From: Acidimicrobiia bacterium
GTDB taxonomy: Bacteria; Actinomycetota; Acidimicrobiia; Acidimicrobiales; MedAcidi-G1
Assembly (NCBI GenBank): GCA_012959995.1
Contig: DUCC01000020.1
Coordinates: 13,744-77,743, forward strand
DNA: 64,000 bases
Direction: 5' to 3'
Shown here: positions 1-9,588 of the stretch, one piece after another
How the letters are laid out: the number at the start of each line of letters is the position of its first letter
Numbering within the stretch: position 1 is the stretch's first letter
Notes under the pieces: generated by a model
Told to the model about the DNA's origin: nothing
Seen by the model: the letters and a program-made list of their open reading frames with translations, nothing else
Databases searched by the model: none
Position numbers and translations under genes: made by a program

Positions 1-377
1 GGAGTATGAAGTATTTCTAGTTCGTCGTCGCCGAGAGAAATTTTTAGACCTTGTTGCAACGGGTCATCAATGCGGCGGTCGGGGTGGACGACGTCCCATA
101 ACATGGCGTCGTCAGGGTGAAGCCAAATGGGGGCGCTGGTGGCTTCGGCTAACTCCACGGCGGCGTTTATGTGGTCGTTGTGGCCGTGGGTGCAGAGCAC
201 TCCGAGGGTGCGTCGCCCGCCGATGGCTTCAACTATGGGCCGATGGTCGTGCGCAGCGTCAATGACTACGACCTCTTCATCGTTGCCGATGAGCCAAATG
301 TTGTTATCTACGTCAAAGTCTTGGCCGTCTAGTGAAAAAATGCCACTGGTTACGACGTGGTCTATGTGGAGGCCCAT
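1..377 (-). CDS. MBL-fold metallo-hydrolase (Rv2260-like partner of MscR), 3'-truncated by window edge
   Basis: Manual translation from ATG 377: MGLHIDHVVTSGIFSLDGQDFDVDNNIWLIG...LCTHGHNDH (HxHxDH MBL motif)...LHTP. Starts 2 nt after the mscR stop. Not in the ORF track because it runs off the edge. Confidence 0.9.
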   Translation of the reverse strand, partial: MGLHIDHVVTSGIFSLDGQDFDVDNNIWLIGNDEEVVVIDAAHDHRPIVEAIGGRRTLGVLCTHGHNDHINAAVELAEATSAPIWLHPDDAMLWDVVHPDRRIDDPLQQGLKISLGDDELEILHT

Positions 378-379
378 AA

Positions 380-1468
380 CTATTTGTCCATGACCACAAC
401 AGAACGCAGTACTTCGCCTCGTTCCATAGCGTGGAAGGCTTCTTCGACGTCTTCTAAGGCAATGGTTTCCGAGACAAAACGGTCAAGATCAAGGCGACCT
501 TGGAGGTAAAGGTCAACCAGCATGGGAAAATCTCTACTGGGTAAGCAGTCGCCGTACCAAGAAGATTTTAAGGTGCCGCCCCGGCCAAAGACTTCAATGA
601 GGGGGAGTTCGATTTTCATTTCGGGGTTGGGGACACCTACCAAAACGACCGTGCCGGCCAGGTCGCGGGCATAGAAGGCTTGTTCGTAGGTCACGGGAAG
701 CCCCACTGCTTCGATAGCTACGTCTACGCCGTTGCCGCCGGTTAGGGCCCGAATGGCTTCGACGGGGTCTTGGTTGCTGGAGTTAATGGTGTGAGTGGCG
801 CCAAATTCTTTAGCGAGTTCAAGTTTTCGGTCGTCAAGATCTACGGCGATGATGGTGTGGGCGCCCGCTAGGTGGGCGCCGGCGATGGCCGCATCGCCTA
901 CTCCGCCGCAACCAAAGACCGCTACCGAGTCGCCGCGCCCGACTTGGCCGGTATTCATGGCAGCGCCCAGCCCAGCCATGATGCCGCAGCCGATGAGGCC
1001 GGCCACTTCTGGGCGGGCCGCTGGGTTTACTTTGGTGGCTTGACCAGCGGCCACTAACGTTTTTTCGGCGAAAGCACCGATGCCTAAGGCGGGGGAGAGT
1101 TCTTGACCATTGAGGGTCATTTTTTGGGTGGCGTTGGCTGTATTGAAGCAAAGCCAGGGGCGTCCGCGTTCACAGGAGCGGCATTGCCCGCAAACGGCGC
1201 GCCAGTTTAAAATAACAAAATCTCCGGGGGCCACGTTGGTGACGCCCTCACCGATTTCTTCGACGAACCCCGCCGCTTCGTGGCCCAACAGAAAAGGGAA
1301 CTCGTCGTTGATGGCGCCTTCTCGGTAGTGCAGGTCGGTGTGGCACACCCCGCAGGCTTTGACATCAATGAGTACTTCGCCTGGCCCGGGGTCGGGGACT
1401 TCGATGGTTTCGATGCTGACCGGTTGTCCTTTAGCGAGGGCAACAACGGCTTTAACGGAATGCGGCAT
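380..1468 (-). CDS. mscR: S-(hydroxymethyl)mycothiol dehydrogenase / S-nitrosomycothiol reductase (Zn-dependent ADH)
   Basis: CGVCHTDLH and GHE Zn sites, CGQCRSC structural Zn, GCGGVG NAD site, [14 protein letters not shown] segment typical of MscR/AdhE2, followed by the MBL gene. Start moved to ATG 1468 (MPHSVKAVV). Confidence 0.85.
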   Translation of the reverse strand: MPHSVKAVVALAKGQPVSIETIEVPDPGPGEVLIDVKACGVCHTDLHYREGAINDEFPFLLGHEAAGFVEEIGEGVTNVAPGDFVILNWRAVCGQCRSCERGRPWLCFNTANATQKMTLNGQELSPALGIGAFAEKTLVAAGQATKVNPAARPEVAGLIGCGIMAGLGAAMNTGQVGRGDSVAVFGCGGVGDAAIAGAHLAGAHTIIAVDLDDRKLELAKEFGATHTINSSNQDPVEAIRALTGGNGVDVAIEAVGLPVTYEQAFYARDLAGTVVLVGVPNPEMKIELPLIEVFGRGGTLKSSWYGDCLPSRDFPMLVDLYLQGRLDLDRFVSETIALEDVEEAFHAMERGEVLRSVVVMDK

Positions 1469-1600
1469 GGGTGACTCTTTCGATGAAGTTTTGGCTGGGG
1501 GATGCTTGCTACACCGTAGTGTGCGGGCGCCGGCCGGAGAAAACAAAGGGGAAAACCGCTCACTTGATAATTGGTTGGCCTCGGCAACTAGGGTTTTGTT

Positions 1601-2425
1601 ATGGCAAAAATTCTTATTACAGGTAGCAACAGCGGTTTTGGGTTTCTGTCCGCTCTCACCTTGGCTCGGCGAGGTCACCAGGTGGTGGCCTCTATGAGGA
1701 ACGTGGCGAGAGGCGGCGAGTTGCAGCGCATCGCTGAGGAAGAAGGGTTGGCGGTTGAGGTTGTGGAACTTGATGTCAACGACTTGGCTTCGGTGGAGCG
1801 TTGTTTAGCCGACCCCGGGAGCATTGATGTGTTGATAAACAACGCTGGTTTTGAAGTTGAAGCAGCGATTGAGCAACTTGATGATGCGTTGATGCAACAG
1901 CAGTTTGAAACGAATGTGATGGGCCCGTTGCGCACTATGCGGGCTGTGCTGCCGATTTGGAAAGAGCGGCGGAGCGGCGTGGTGATAAACGTAAGTAGCA
2001 TCGCCGGCCGGGTGGGCTCGCCTTATACCGGTGCCTATTCGGCGTCGAAGTTTGCTTTAGAGGCGCTCAGTGAGTCGCTTAATTTTGAGGTTAGTCAACT
2101 GGGTATTCGAGTGCATTTAATTGAACCGGGGCGTTTTGCTACCGATTTTAAAAACAACAAGGTGCGTCCGGATTGTTGGGAAGGTTCAGCACAGCAGCAG
2201 CGTTCGCTGGCCTTTCGAGCGGCTTCAAGCAGTTTGGGTGGTTCGGGAGAACCGCCGGACCCACAATTGGTGGCTGATGCTATTGCCCAGGCGGCCATTG
2301 ATCCGTCTATGCCGTTTCGTACTTTGGTAGGAGACGACGCAAAAATGATTGATGAGTTGAAGTCATCAATGAGTTTCGAAGAGTTTGAGGCCACCATTCG
2401 CACTGCCTTGAATTGGCACGACTAA
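1601..2425 (+). CDS. Short-chain dehydrogenase/reductase (SDR)
   Basis: [14 protein letters not shown] and YSASK motifs. TAGGGT -10 box 6 nt before ATG. Confidence 0.92.
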   Translation: MAKILITGSNSGFGFLSALTLARRGHQVVASMRNVARGGELQRIAEEEGLAVEVVELDVNDLASVERCLADPGSIDVLINNAGFEVEAAIEQLDDALMQQQFETNVMGPLRTMRAVLPIWKERRSGVVINVSSIAGRVGSPYTGAYSASKFALEALSESLNFEVSQLGIRVHLIEPGRFATDFKNNKVRPDCWEGSAQQQRSLAFRAASSSLGGSGEPPDPQLVADAIAQAAIDPSMPFRTLVGDDAKMIDELKSSMSFEEFEATIRTALNWHD

Positions 2426-2443
2426 GTAGTTGCAAATCATAAG

Positions 2444-2460
2444 TGGTGGAGATGGGGGAA
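2444..2460 (-). repeat. Degenerate copy of the tmRNA 3' end (att-like site)
   Basis: TGGTGGAGATGGGGGAA here versus TGGTGGAGCTGGGGGGAA at 5173-5190, same orientation, each just downstream of an SDR stop codon. Confidence 0.7.
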
Positions 2461-2676
2461 ACCCTCGTTGTTCTAGTGGGGCGACTTGGTTGCTGATTGA
2501 TGAAGGTCTGGCAACCCGACACACACTTTCCTTCTTTGCAAGGTTGTGTCAGTCGGTGGTCAGGGTTGGTGCCTTATTCTGCTCGCTCGTTAGTTGTAAG
2601 CCAGTGGAGAGCGTCATAGCGCAGACATCTAAATAAGCGGTGATGGCAGGCGTATGAACACGAATAGTGGTAACCC

Positions 2677-4605
2677 CTATGGAATATCAAAAATGATTTC
2701 GGGAGCCACGAGGTCAGTAACAAAATTTACGGCACCGCCTTCAGCATCAAGAGCCTCAAAATGAAGACAATCTGGTCGTGGATACCGATCTGGGTTGTTT
2801 TCAACAGTTGGTCCTGTGTCAAGAACATGTACATGCTCTTCTGATTCTGCTATTTCGAATACCAGCAAGTTATAGATATTTATATTTTCACGACTCGGCC
2901 AATCTATGCACCATGGCCTCTTTTCACGTTGAGGAGGAGTGAAAAACACCAATGGGGCGTTCGCTGCTCTCGTCTGTTCAACAAGGTCCATATAGGATTC
3001 CCGAATCAATCCAATGTTTTCTGGAAAAGTTAGTTTTTCACCTGTACGGATATCTGTGTGATCCTCGAATACTGCTCCATGATCAAAAACTAAAACTAAA
3101 TTGTAATCGGAGGTGACTAGCGGTCTGCAGGGTTGTTCGAAAGGGCCGAATGTAGTTTCACCATCTTCGAGTTCTATTGTGATCGTTAAAAACTCATGCC
3201 ACTCCTCGTTCAATAGCGGCCCACACAAAGCAAGTCCGTGTTCTCCGATTTCTCCACCCACCATTTTGATCCAACCATCAAGAGTTGGGCCAAGATTTTG
3301 AGCGACAGAGTCGCCTATTACTACGACTTTAGGATTCGTCTTGACATGTATTTTTTCTTGTTCCGGAAGAGAAGTTGTTGGTGGTTCAAATTTTAAAGTC
3401 GTTGAAGTAACTGGTGTTTCCTGTTCCAAAGGGATCACTAAAGGGGATGTGGTTGTGGTTGTGGTTGTGGTTGTGGATGTGGTAAGAGCAGCAGCGACAG
3501 TATCAGCGATTTGTTGTTGAGAAGTTGGACGCGGCCCGATAACGATCACTGCCACGAGCACTATTGCGCTGACAACTGAAACTAAACCAAGAGTAAAAAG
3601 AGGCCGCTTAATTCTTTTCGCTGAACGGATAGGCCATTCCAAAACGTGGTGAGATATCTCTGCAGAGATAAGTGTCAAAGCAACCGCAACAAATGGCGAA
3701 ACACCAAGTAACTCTAAAAACGGCCAATGAAATAGATAAATAGCGTAACTTCTTTGCCCCAGCCACGCTAGTGGAGCGCTACCAACCAAAACATTAGGTT
3801 TTGTTTCGCCGAGACTGTAACCCGTAACGACCATGGCAGCTACACCAACAAGCAAAAGGCCACCTTTTACTACAAAAGGATCTGACTCCCCAAGAACAAA
3901 AACACCCCAAAGGAGACCAGCAGCTGCGATTAGAGCTAAAAAACCTGGAACTCTAAATCGTGAATATTTTTTCACTACATACGCAAGCACTGCCCCAGCA
4001 AAAACTTCAGCAAAACGAAATGGCGTCGCAAAATAGGCATCTGCATCTCCCCACCAAATGGCTAAACCGAGAACTACAACAACAGCCGCGACCGCTAATG
4101 CTCGACGGAGTCCGACTAAGACAATCAATAACGGCCAAAACAGGTACACCTGTTCCTCTATAGAGAGACTCCAAAGATGAGCGAAAGGTCGAGAATCAGA
4201 ATTGAAAATCTCCCAATATCCTCCAGTTTCAGATATTGACCACCAATTATGCACATAAAAAATTGCAGCCAAACCCTCTTCAGCGGTGCTTCGAAGAATG
4301 TCTTGATCAACAACAGCAACAACCGACACCGTCGCGGCAATCGTTGCAAACGCCGCTGGCAGCAATCGTCGCGCTCTACGACCCCAAAAACTTGCCAGAG
4401 AAGACCGGGTCAGTACATGATCTCTCTCCACAATCTGAGTAATCAAAAACCCAGAAAGAGTAAAAAATACCGAAACACCAATCCAGCCACCTGGCAAAAC
4501 TGAAGGCCACGCATGGTAAACGACAACGGCTAAAACAGCCAACCCGCGTATTCCATCCAAAGCAGAGATGCGAGAAGCGGGAGCAGTAGAGACACTTTTA
4601 GACAT
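2677..4605 (-). CDS. Acyltransferase-3 (OafA/YrhL-like) fused via a Thr-rich linker to an SGNH-like domain
   Basis: LDGIRGLAV, GVSVFFTLSGFLIT, FWGRRARRLLP, HLWSLSIEEQ, SYAIYLFHWP. C-terminal IGDSVA and RPDCLH (SGNH blocks I and V). Confidence 0.9.
   Translation of the reverse strand: MSKSVSTAPASRISALDGIRGLAVLAVVVYHAWPSVLPGGWIGVSVFFTLSGFLITQIVERDHVLTRSSLASFWGRRARRLLPAAFATIAATVSVVAVVDQDILRSTAEEGLAAIFYVHNWWSISETGGYWEIFNSDSRPFAHLWSLSIEEQVYLFWPLLIVLVGLRRALAVAAVVVVLGLAIWWGDADAYFATPFRFAEVFAGAVLAYVVKKYSRFRVPGFLALIAAAGLLWGVFVLGESDPFVVKGGLLLVGVAAMVVTGYSLGETKPNVLVGSAPLAWLGQRSYAIYLFHWPFLELLGVSPFVAVALTLISAEISHHVLEWPIRSAKRIKRPLFTLGLVSVVSAIVLVAVIVIGPRPTSQQQIADTVAAALTTSTTTTTTTTTSPLVIPLEQETPVTSTTLKFEPPTTSLPEQEKIHVKTNPKVVVIGDSVAQNLGPTLDGWIKMVGGEIGEHGLALCGPLLNEEWHEFLTITIELEDGETTFGPFEQPCRPLVTSDYNLVLVFDHGAVFEDHTDIRTGEKLTFPENIGLIRESYMDLVEQTRAANAPLVFFTPPQREKRPWCIDWPSRENINIYNLLVFEIAESEEHVHVLDTGPTVENNPDRYPRPDCLHFEALDAEGGAVNFVTDLVAPEIIFDIP
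3449..3476. repeat. (GTGGTT)n microsatellite encoding the poly-Thr linker
   Basis: About 4.5 tandem hexamers inside the acyltransferase. Confidence 0.8.
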
Positions 4606-4849
4606 GTGTGCTGGCTACCTTAACTAAGATAATAAAGGATGTTGGGATGTTATTTACCCTGAGGGAACCTTTGGTGGTTCAACTTGAAAAATGGGTACCC
4701 GAAGAAAGCAGGCCCTGTCTTTTTGGTGCTTGTTCCCCCTGGTTATCTTTGCCTTGAAGCATCAATGGGCACAACTATTTTAGCATCACGACAATACCCA
4801 TACGGTCGGAGTCGGTAAACACAGCAGTGGGCACTCCAATGACTTTAAG

Positions 4850-5129
4850 TTTTGGGGAAAACAAAATATGCCCAGATTGTTGGGAGGGTTCGCCGCAAGA
4901 GCAGCGGGCTTTGGCTTTTCGGGAAGCTTCCCACGGGATGGGTGGTCAAGGAGAGCCCGCCGACCCGCAAGATGTTGCGGAGGCCATTGTGCGGGCCGCT
5001 ACTGACCCATCCACTCCGTTTCGTACTTTGGTAGGTGACGATGCGGTGTTGATCGATGAGCTTAAATCGTCCATGAGTTTCGAAGATTTTGAAGCCACCA
5101 TTCGTACCTCTCTGAACTGGCACGACTAA
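4850..5129 (+). pseudogene. 5'-truncated diverged copy of the SDR C-terminus
   Basis: 92 codons align without gaps to the last 92 aa of 1601..2425 (69/92 identical by manual count). No Rossmann or catalytic part. Confidence 0.88.
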
Positions 5130-5172
5130 GTAAATTGTGTTGCTGCACTAAGGCGGCGTGCAGAAGTCAAGT

Positions 5173-5559
5173 TGGTGGAGCTGGGGGGAATCGAACCCCC
5201 GTCCGTCGAAAGGTGACCGTACGCGTTACGACCGTTCCCGAGATTTTGGCTTGCGGCAGCCATCCCGCCGGGTCAGTCGGGCCCGAAAGCCCAGCCGCTA
5301 GGTCTTTCCCTAAGGTCAGCGGTCTTTCTCGCCGTCAGCGGTCTGTCCCTGCTGTCTCCAACGCTTCTGTTGCCGGGTTGCGCTGGACCGACCCCGCGTG
5401 CCGTCACCGGTCGCAGTGACTCTCTGCTACCTAACTAGTTAGGCGGCGAGAGCGAGATCGTCCGTAGTGGCGTCTCTTTTGGTGCCCTGTTTTAAGAGTC
5501 TGAGCAACTCTGGTCGCACGAAACGTCCACTGCAGCCGGCGTCGAAACCGATCAGCCCC
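5173..5559 (-). ncRNA. ssrA: tmRNA (transfer-messenger RNA)
   Basis: Minus strand starts GGGGCTGATCGGTTTCGAC and ends GGTTCGATTCCCCCCAGCTCCACCA. Tag frame 5486..5439 reads GTKRDATTDDLALAA-stop (resume codon approximate). Confidence 0.96.
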
Positions 5560-5745
5560 GTGAAAACGAGTCAATACGTGAAATCTGCTGAAGTTGTCAA
5601 AGACCCGAGGATTAAGGGTACCGGTTCGCTGTGACAGTGCCATCATCAATGTTTTAGGGGGCGCGTACAAAAAATCAATTGTTTCGTTTATGGTTATCGG
5701 TGCTGGCTCAAAGCGGAGCAGCGGAGACATCCACTTGGGAGAAAA

Positions 5746-8700
5746 ATGCGGGGAAAGCGAAGAGGTTTGAGTGTCTTTTTGACCCTCATGGTTTTGGCAA
5801 CGGTAAGTGCGGTGCCGGTGGCTGCTCAAGAAGTAGAGCCCGACACCCCAGTGGTTGAACTTGCCCTTTCTGCGCAAGGCGCTGAACTGTCTGAAGCGGG
5901 CTACCAACCGGGAGCAGCCGCTACTGACCTGGCTAAAGAAAAACTTTTAAACGACCCGACAATGACCCGCAATCCGTTTGGGTTGTTGGTGCGTTTTGCT
6001 CAGACGGCCAGCGTGGTTGATGTAGATCAAACGCTGCTAACTGTGGGGGGCACCGTGGTGGGTGGGGCGCTTGATGGCCAGTCTTTGTACCTGGTGGAAA
6101 CCCTTTCTGATCTTGATGAGGCAGCCGAATTGTTGCGCAGCATGCCCGGTGTGGCTTGGGTGGGCTTTGACGATGTGGTGCAAGCCACCGTGTTGCCGTC
6201 GGACCCTGACCTTGACCAATTGTGGGGCATGAACGGCACGTACGGCATTGATGCTCCGGGTGCATGGGCGCAAACGCTCGGCGACCCTTCGGTAGTGGTG
6301 GCCATTATCGACACCGGGGTTGACTTAGATCACCCCGACCTGGCCGCCAACATTTGGACCAACTCGGGTGAAATCGCCGGCAACGGCCTTGACGACGATG
6401 GCAACGGTTATATCGATGATCTTCACGGCTGGGACTTTGTTAACAACGATGGCGACCCCAACGATGACAACAATCACGGCACGCATGTGGCCGGCACCAT
6501 TGCTGCGGTTTCCGACAATGTAGGTGTGGTGGGTGTAGCGCCAAATACTCAAGTTATGGCCTTGAAGTTCTTAGATGCCAACGGCTCGGGCTACACCTCA
6601 AATGCGGTCACCGCTTTGACCTACGCCGTTAACAATGGAGCACAAATTTCTAACAACTCTTGGGGCGGGGGCGGATCAAGCTCTTCCATGTCTTCCATGT
6701 TGGACATCGCCGCAACGGCCAACCATTTGTTTGTGGCGGCCGCCGGCAACTCGTCGAACAACAACGACAGTAGCCCTTCGTATCCGGCTTCGTATAGCCA
6801 AAACAATGTGTTAGCGGTCGCCGCCAACCAAAGCGATGGAGCGCCATCAAGTTTTACCAGTTATGGCGCTACCTCGGTAGATGTGGTGGCGCCTGGCTCG
6901 GGCATTTTGTCTTCGGTAGTGGGAGGCGGCTACGCCACCTTTAGCGGTACCTCAATGGCTACCCCCCATGTGGCTGGCGTGGCGGCTTTGATGCGAGCGG
7001 TGAACCCAAACATTTCTTTTGCCGACATCAAACAAATATTGATTGATACCTCTACGGCGGATTCCCGCCTCGATGGCTACGCCGTTTCGGGCGGGGTAGT
7101 CAATGCCGCTGACGCAGTGACGGCAGCAGCCGGTGGCGGCCCTGGTTTAAGCATCGTGGCTTCGGCTACCTCGGTCACTGAAGGCGATGTAGTGACCTAC
7201 ACGGCCACTGCTGTTGACCAAAACGGCACAGATATTTCGAGTCAAACCACTTGGAGCATTGATGGTGCTTCATTGGGAACAGGAGCGGTGTTGTCTTATG
7301 TCGCCGACACGGTAGGCACCATGCGTATCCGAGCCGAAGCAGCAGCCAATGGGATGTCTACTTCGCACACCAGCACACTTTATGTGGCAGAAATTGAGCG
7401 CTCAGTCACCGTGGTCAACCCCAACGGGGGAGAGACCTACGCCGTGGGTGATGTGGTGCCCATTAATTGGACTTCGGTAGGGCCGGTAGGAAACGTAGAT
7501 ATCTCTGTTTCTGATCAAAGCTCGGGTCAGGTTGAATACGCCGGAAGCACCGGGTTGCCCATTGTTGACCACCAAACCACTTCGGTGTCGATCAGCGTGC
7601 CAGGTTCGGTGGACATTGCCAGCATGATCGTGGGCCTACGGCTTGACCACACCTACGACGGTGACTTGAAAATTGTTTTAACCCACCCCACGGGGCCTTC
7701 AGTTGTTTTGGCCAACTATGCCGGTGGTTGGGGCAATAATTACGGTACGGGCTCGCAGGATTGTTCGGGCTCGCTCACCGTGTTTTCCGATAGCGCATCC
7801 ACCAGCATTTCGTCTGGTTCGGCGCCTTTTGAGGGTTCATATGTGCCTTATCAGGCGCTCTCAACTTTTGCCGGCTTAGATGCTGGGGGGCAATGGACGC
7901 TGGCCATTACCGATTCAGCGGGGCTAGACACCGGTACGTTCTTTTGCGCCGAACTTGATTTTGGGGGCACCAGCACGGTGGTAGCTACCGGGGTCGATGT
8001 TGCCGACGGAACAACTGCTTGGACAGTCCCAGAGTCTTTGGGAGGCATGGAATTGTTGGCCACAGTCGGCAACAGTTTGGCAGCAGACTCCTCAGATGAT
8101 TTCTTTAGCGTGACCAGCGTGCCGCCGACTACGACCACGACGACGGAGCCTCCGGCTACTACTACGACGACGGAGCCTCCGGCTACTACTACGACGTCAA
8201 CTACGACCACGACGACGGAGCCTCCGGCTACTACTACGACGTCAACTACGACCACGACGACGGAGCCTCCGGCTACTACTACGACGTCAACTACGACCAC
8301 GACGACGGAGCCTCCGGTGGCTGTGGTGAACGTGGTTGCCCCTAACGGCGGCGAATCTTATCAACCAGGCGATACCGTCCAAGTGGTCTGGACCAGCACT
8401 GGTGCATCGACCGCAGCCGATTTAACATTGCATCCGGTAACCGAAGCCCAAGAAGAGTTTGCGGGAAGCAACAGCGGCGAAATTAATGATTACTCCACTC
8501 TCTCGGTGGCCATAGAAGTTCCCACCGATGGGATAATTTCTGATCTTGAGGTCGGGATACGCCTTGACCATACCTACACCAATGATCTTCAAATCGTCTT
8601 ACGCCACCCCGGCGGGATGGGCATCACTTTGGTCAATGGCGAAGGCGGTTCAGGAAACAACTTTGGTAGCGGGGCTACTGATTGTTCGGGCAACTTCACT

Positions 8701-9507
8701 ATTTTTGATGACGATGCCGCTGCGCTGATTGTCGCCGGCTCAGCCCCTTTCGAGGGCCGGCATCAACCAGAAAATCTTTTGTCGGCTTTTGACGGGCTCT
8801 CTATGCGCGGTACTTGGCAATTAGAAATTACCGACAGTTTCCTCTGGGACGAAGGGGCGCTCCACTGCGTGACCCTTTCGGCCGCTACTCAAGGGCAAAG
8901 CTTGGCCATTGGAGTGAACTCTCTTTACCCCTGGGCTATTGATGGTTCGGTGGCGAACGGAAATTACCTCCTTGAGGTAGCCAGCGGAGGTGGCACCGAC
9001 CTTTCGGATGCATCCTTCGCCCTTGCTGACCCCCCACCGCCCACGACCACAACCACAACCACCACGACAACCCCGCCTACGACCACCACGTCCCCGCCTA
9101 CGACCACCACGCTGGCCCCTATTTTTGATGCCAGTGACAATTTCCCAACCAGTCCGGTCAATGAATATGTGGCCAACAGCGGTTATTACGAAGATGAATG
9201 GTCAGGGTTGCTCGATGCGGCCGCTTACCTTGAGCAGACCCCAGAACAATTACAAACCATGTCGGTAGGAGTGATTGCCTTCCTTATGGCGCTTTCTGGC
9301 CCCGACCAGCCCATATGGTCCATTGGCAGTCCGCCTGATGTTAATGGCGGCCATGTCGTGCAAAGCCATTACTTCGACGCTGACGGAACGCAAAACTCTT
9401 TAGAAAACGTGGCGGCCGCTACCAATCTGAACGGAGCGCAAACCCAAAAATTCGCTACCTCGGTGCTGATCTTTCTCATAATGTTGTCACAACTCCAAGA
9501 AGGCTGA
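5746..9507 (+). CDS. Secreted S8 subtilisin-like serine peptidase with two proprotein-convertase P-domains, Thr-rich linkers and unassigned C-terminal domain
   Basis: Signal peptide ending PVAA. Catalytic IIDTG, NHGTHVAG, GTSMATPHVAG. Two LDHTYxxDLxIxL..P-type P-domains, each preceded by a PNGGE motif. Confidence 0.92.
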   Translation: MRGKRRGLSVFLTLMVLATVSAVPVAAQEVEPDTPVVELALSAQGAELSEAGYQPGAAATDLAKEKLLNDPTMTRNPFGLLVRFAQTASVVDVDQTLLTVGGTVVGGALDGQSLYLVETLSDLDEAAELLRSMPGVAWVGFDDVVQATVLPSDPDLDQLWGMNGTYGIDAPGAWAQTLGDPSVVVAIIDTGVDLDHPDLAANIWTNSGEIAGNGLDDDGNGYIDDLHGWDFVNNDGDPNDDNNHGTHVAGTIAAVSDNVGVVGVAPNTQVMALKFLDANGSGYTSNAVTALTYAVNNGAQISNNSWGGGGSSSSMSSMLDIAATANHLFVAAAGNSSNNNDSSPSYPASYSQNNVLAVAANQSDGAPSSFTSYGATSVDVVAPGSGILSSVVGGGYATFSGTSMATPHVAGVAALMRAVNPNISFADIKQILIDTSTADSRLDGYAVSGGVVNAADAVTAAAGGGPGLSIVASATSVTEGDVVTYTATAVDQNGTDISSQTTWSIDGASLGTGAVLSYVADTVGTMRIRAEAAANGMSTSHTSTLYVAEIERSVTVVNPNGGETYAVGDVVPINWTSVGPVGNVDISVSDQSSGQVEYAGSTGLPIVDHQTTSVSISVPGSVDIASMIVGLRLDHTYDGDLKIVLTHPTGPSVVLANYAGGWGNNYGTGSQDCSGSLTVFSDSASTSISSGSAPFEGSYVPYQALSTFAGLDAGGQWTLAITDSAGLDTGTFFCAELDFGGTSTVVATGVDVADGTTAWTVPESLGGMELLATVGNSLAADSSDDFFSVTSVPPTTTTTTEPPATTTTTEPPATTTTSTTTTTTEPPATTTTSTTTTTTEPPATTTTSTTTTTTEPPVAVVNVVAPNGGESYQPGDTVQVVWTSTGASTAADLTLHPVTEAQEEFAGSNSGEINDYSTLSVAIEVPTDGIISDLEVGIRLDHTYTNDLQIVLRHPGGMGITLVNGEGGSGNNFGSGATDCSGNFTIFDDDAAALIVAGSAPFEGRHQPENLLSAFDGLSMRGTWQLEITDSFLWDEGALHCVTLSAATQGQSLAIGVNSLYPWAIDGSVANGNYLLEVASGGGTDLSDASFALADPPPPTTTTTTTTTTPPTTTTSPPTTTTLAPIFDASDNFPTSPVNEYVANSGYYEDEWSGLLDAAAYLEQTPEQLQTMSVGVIAFLMALSGPDQPIWSIGSPPDVNGGHVVQSHYFDADGTQNSLENVAAATNLNGAQTQKFATSVLIFLIMLSQLQEG
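8173..8317 (+). repeat. Perfect 45-bp coding tandem repeat (3 copies plus partial), EPPATTTTSTTTTTT
   Basis: GAGCCTCCGGCTACTACTACGACGTCAACTACGACCACGACGACG at 8173, 8218 and 8263. Confidence 0.92.
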
Positions 9508-9588
9508 CTACACCTTTAGGTTGACAACTCGACCCGCTACCCTGATGCTTTAGACCTCTGATAGCAGTGCTACGGCAAAGGAACAAAC

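Larger units (their letters stand above)
2444..5172. mobile_element. Small integrase-less genomic island at the ssrA 3' end carrying an acyltransferase and an SDR relic
   Basis: Bounded by the ssrA 3' end and its degenerate copy. Interior is visibly AT-richer than the flanks. No integrase ORF seen. Confidence 0.6.

Noticed and set aside
5431-5907. 158-aa and 94-aa ORFs over the ssrA region
   Set aside because: They overlap the tmRNA. Only the short tag frame is meaningful.
7851-8300. Poly-Val antisense ORF and other long shadow ORFs (e.g. 14137-14595, 16564-17157, 29874-30431, 42921-43777, 51065-51790)
   Set aside because: Opposite-strand or alternate-frame shadows of well-supported high-GC genes, with no motifs or start signals.
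8125-8317. Regular repeats as a CRISPR array
   Set aside because: No unique spacers, in-frame Thr/Pro linker, no cas genes.
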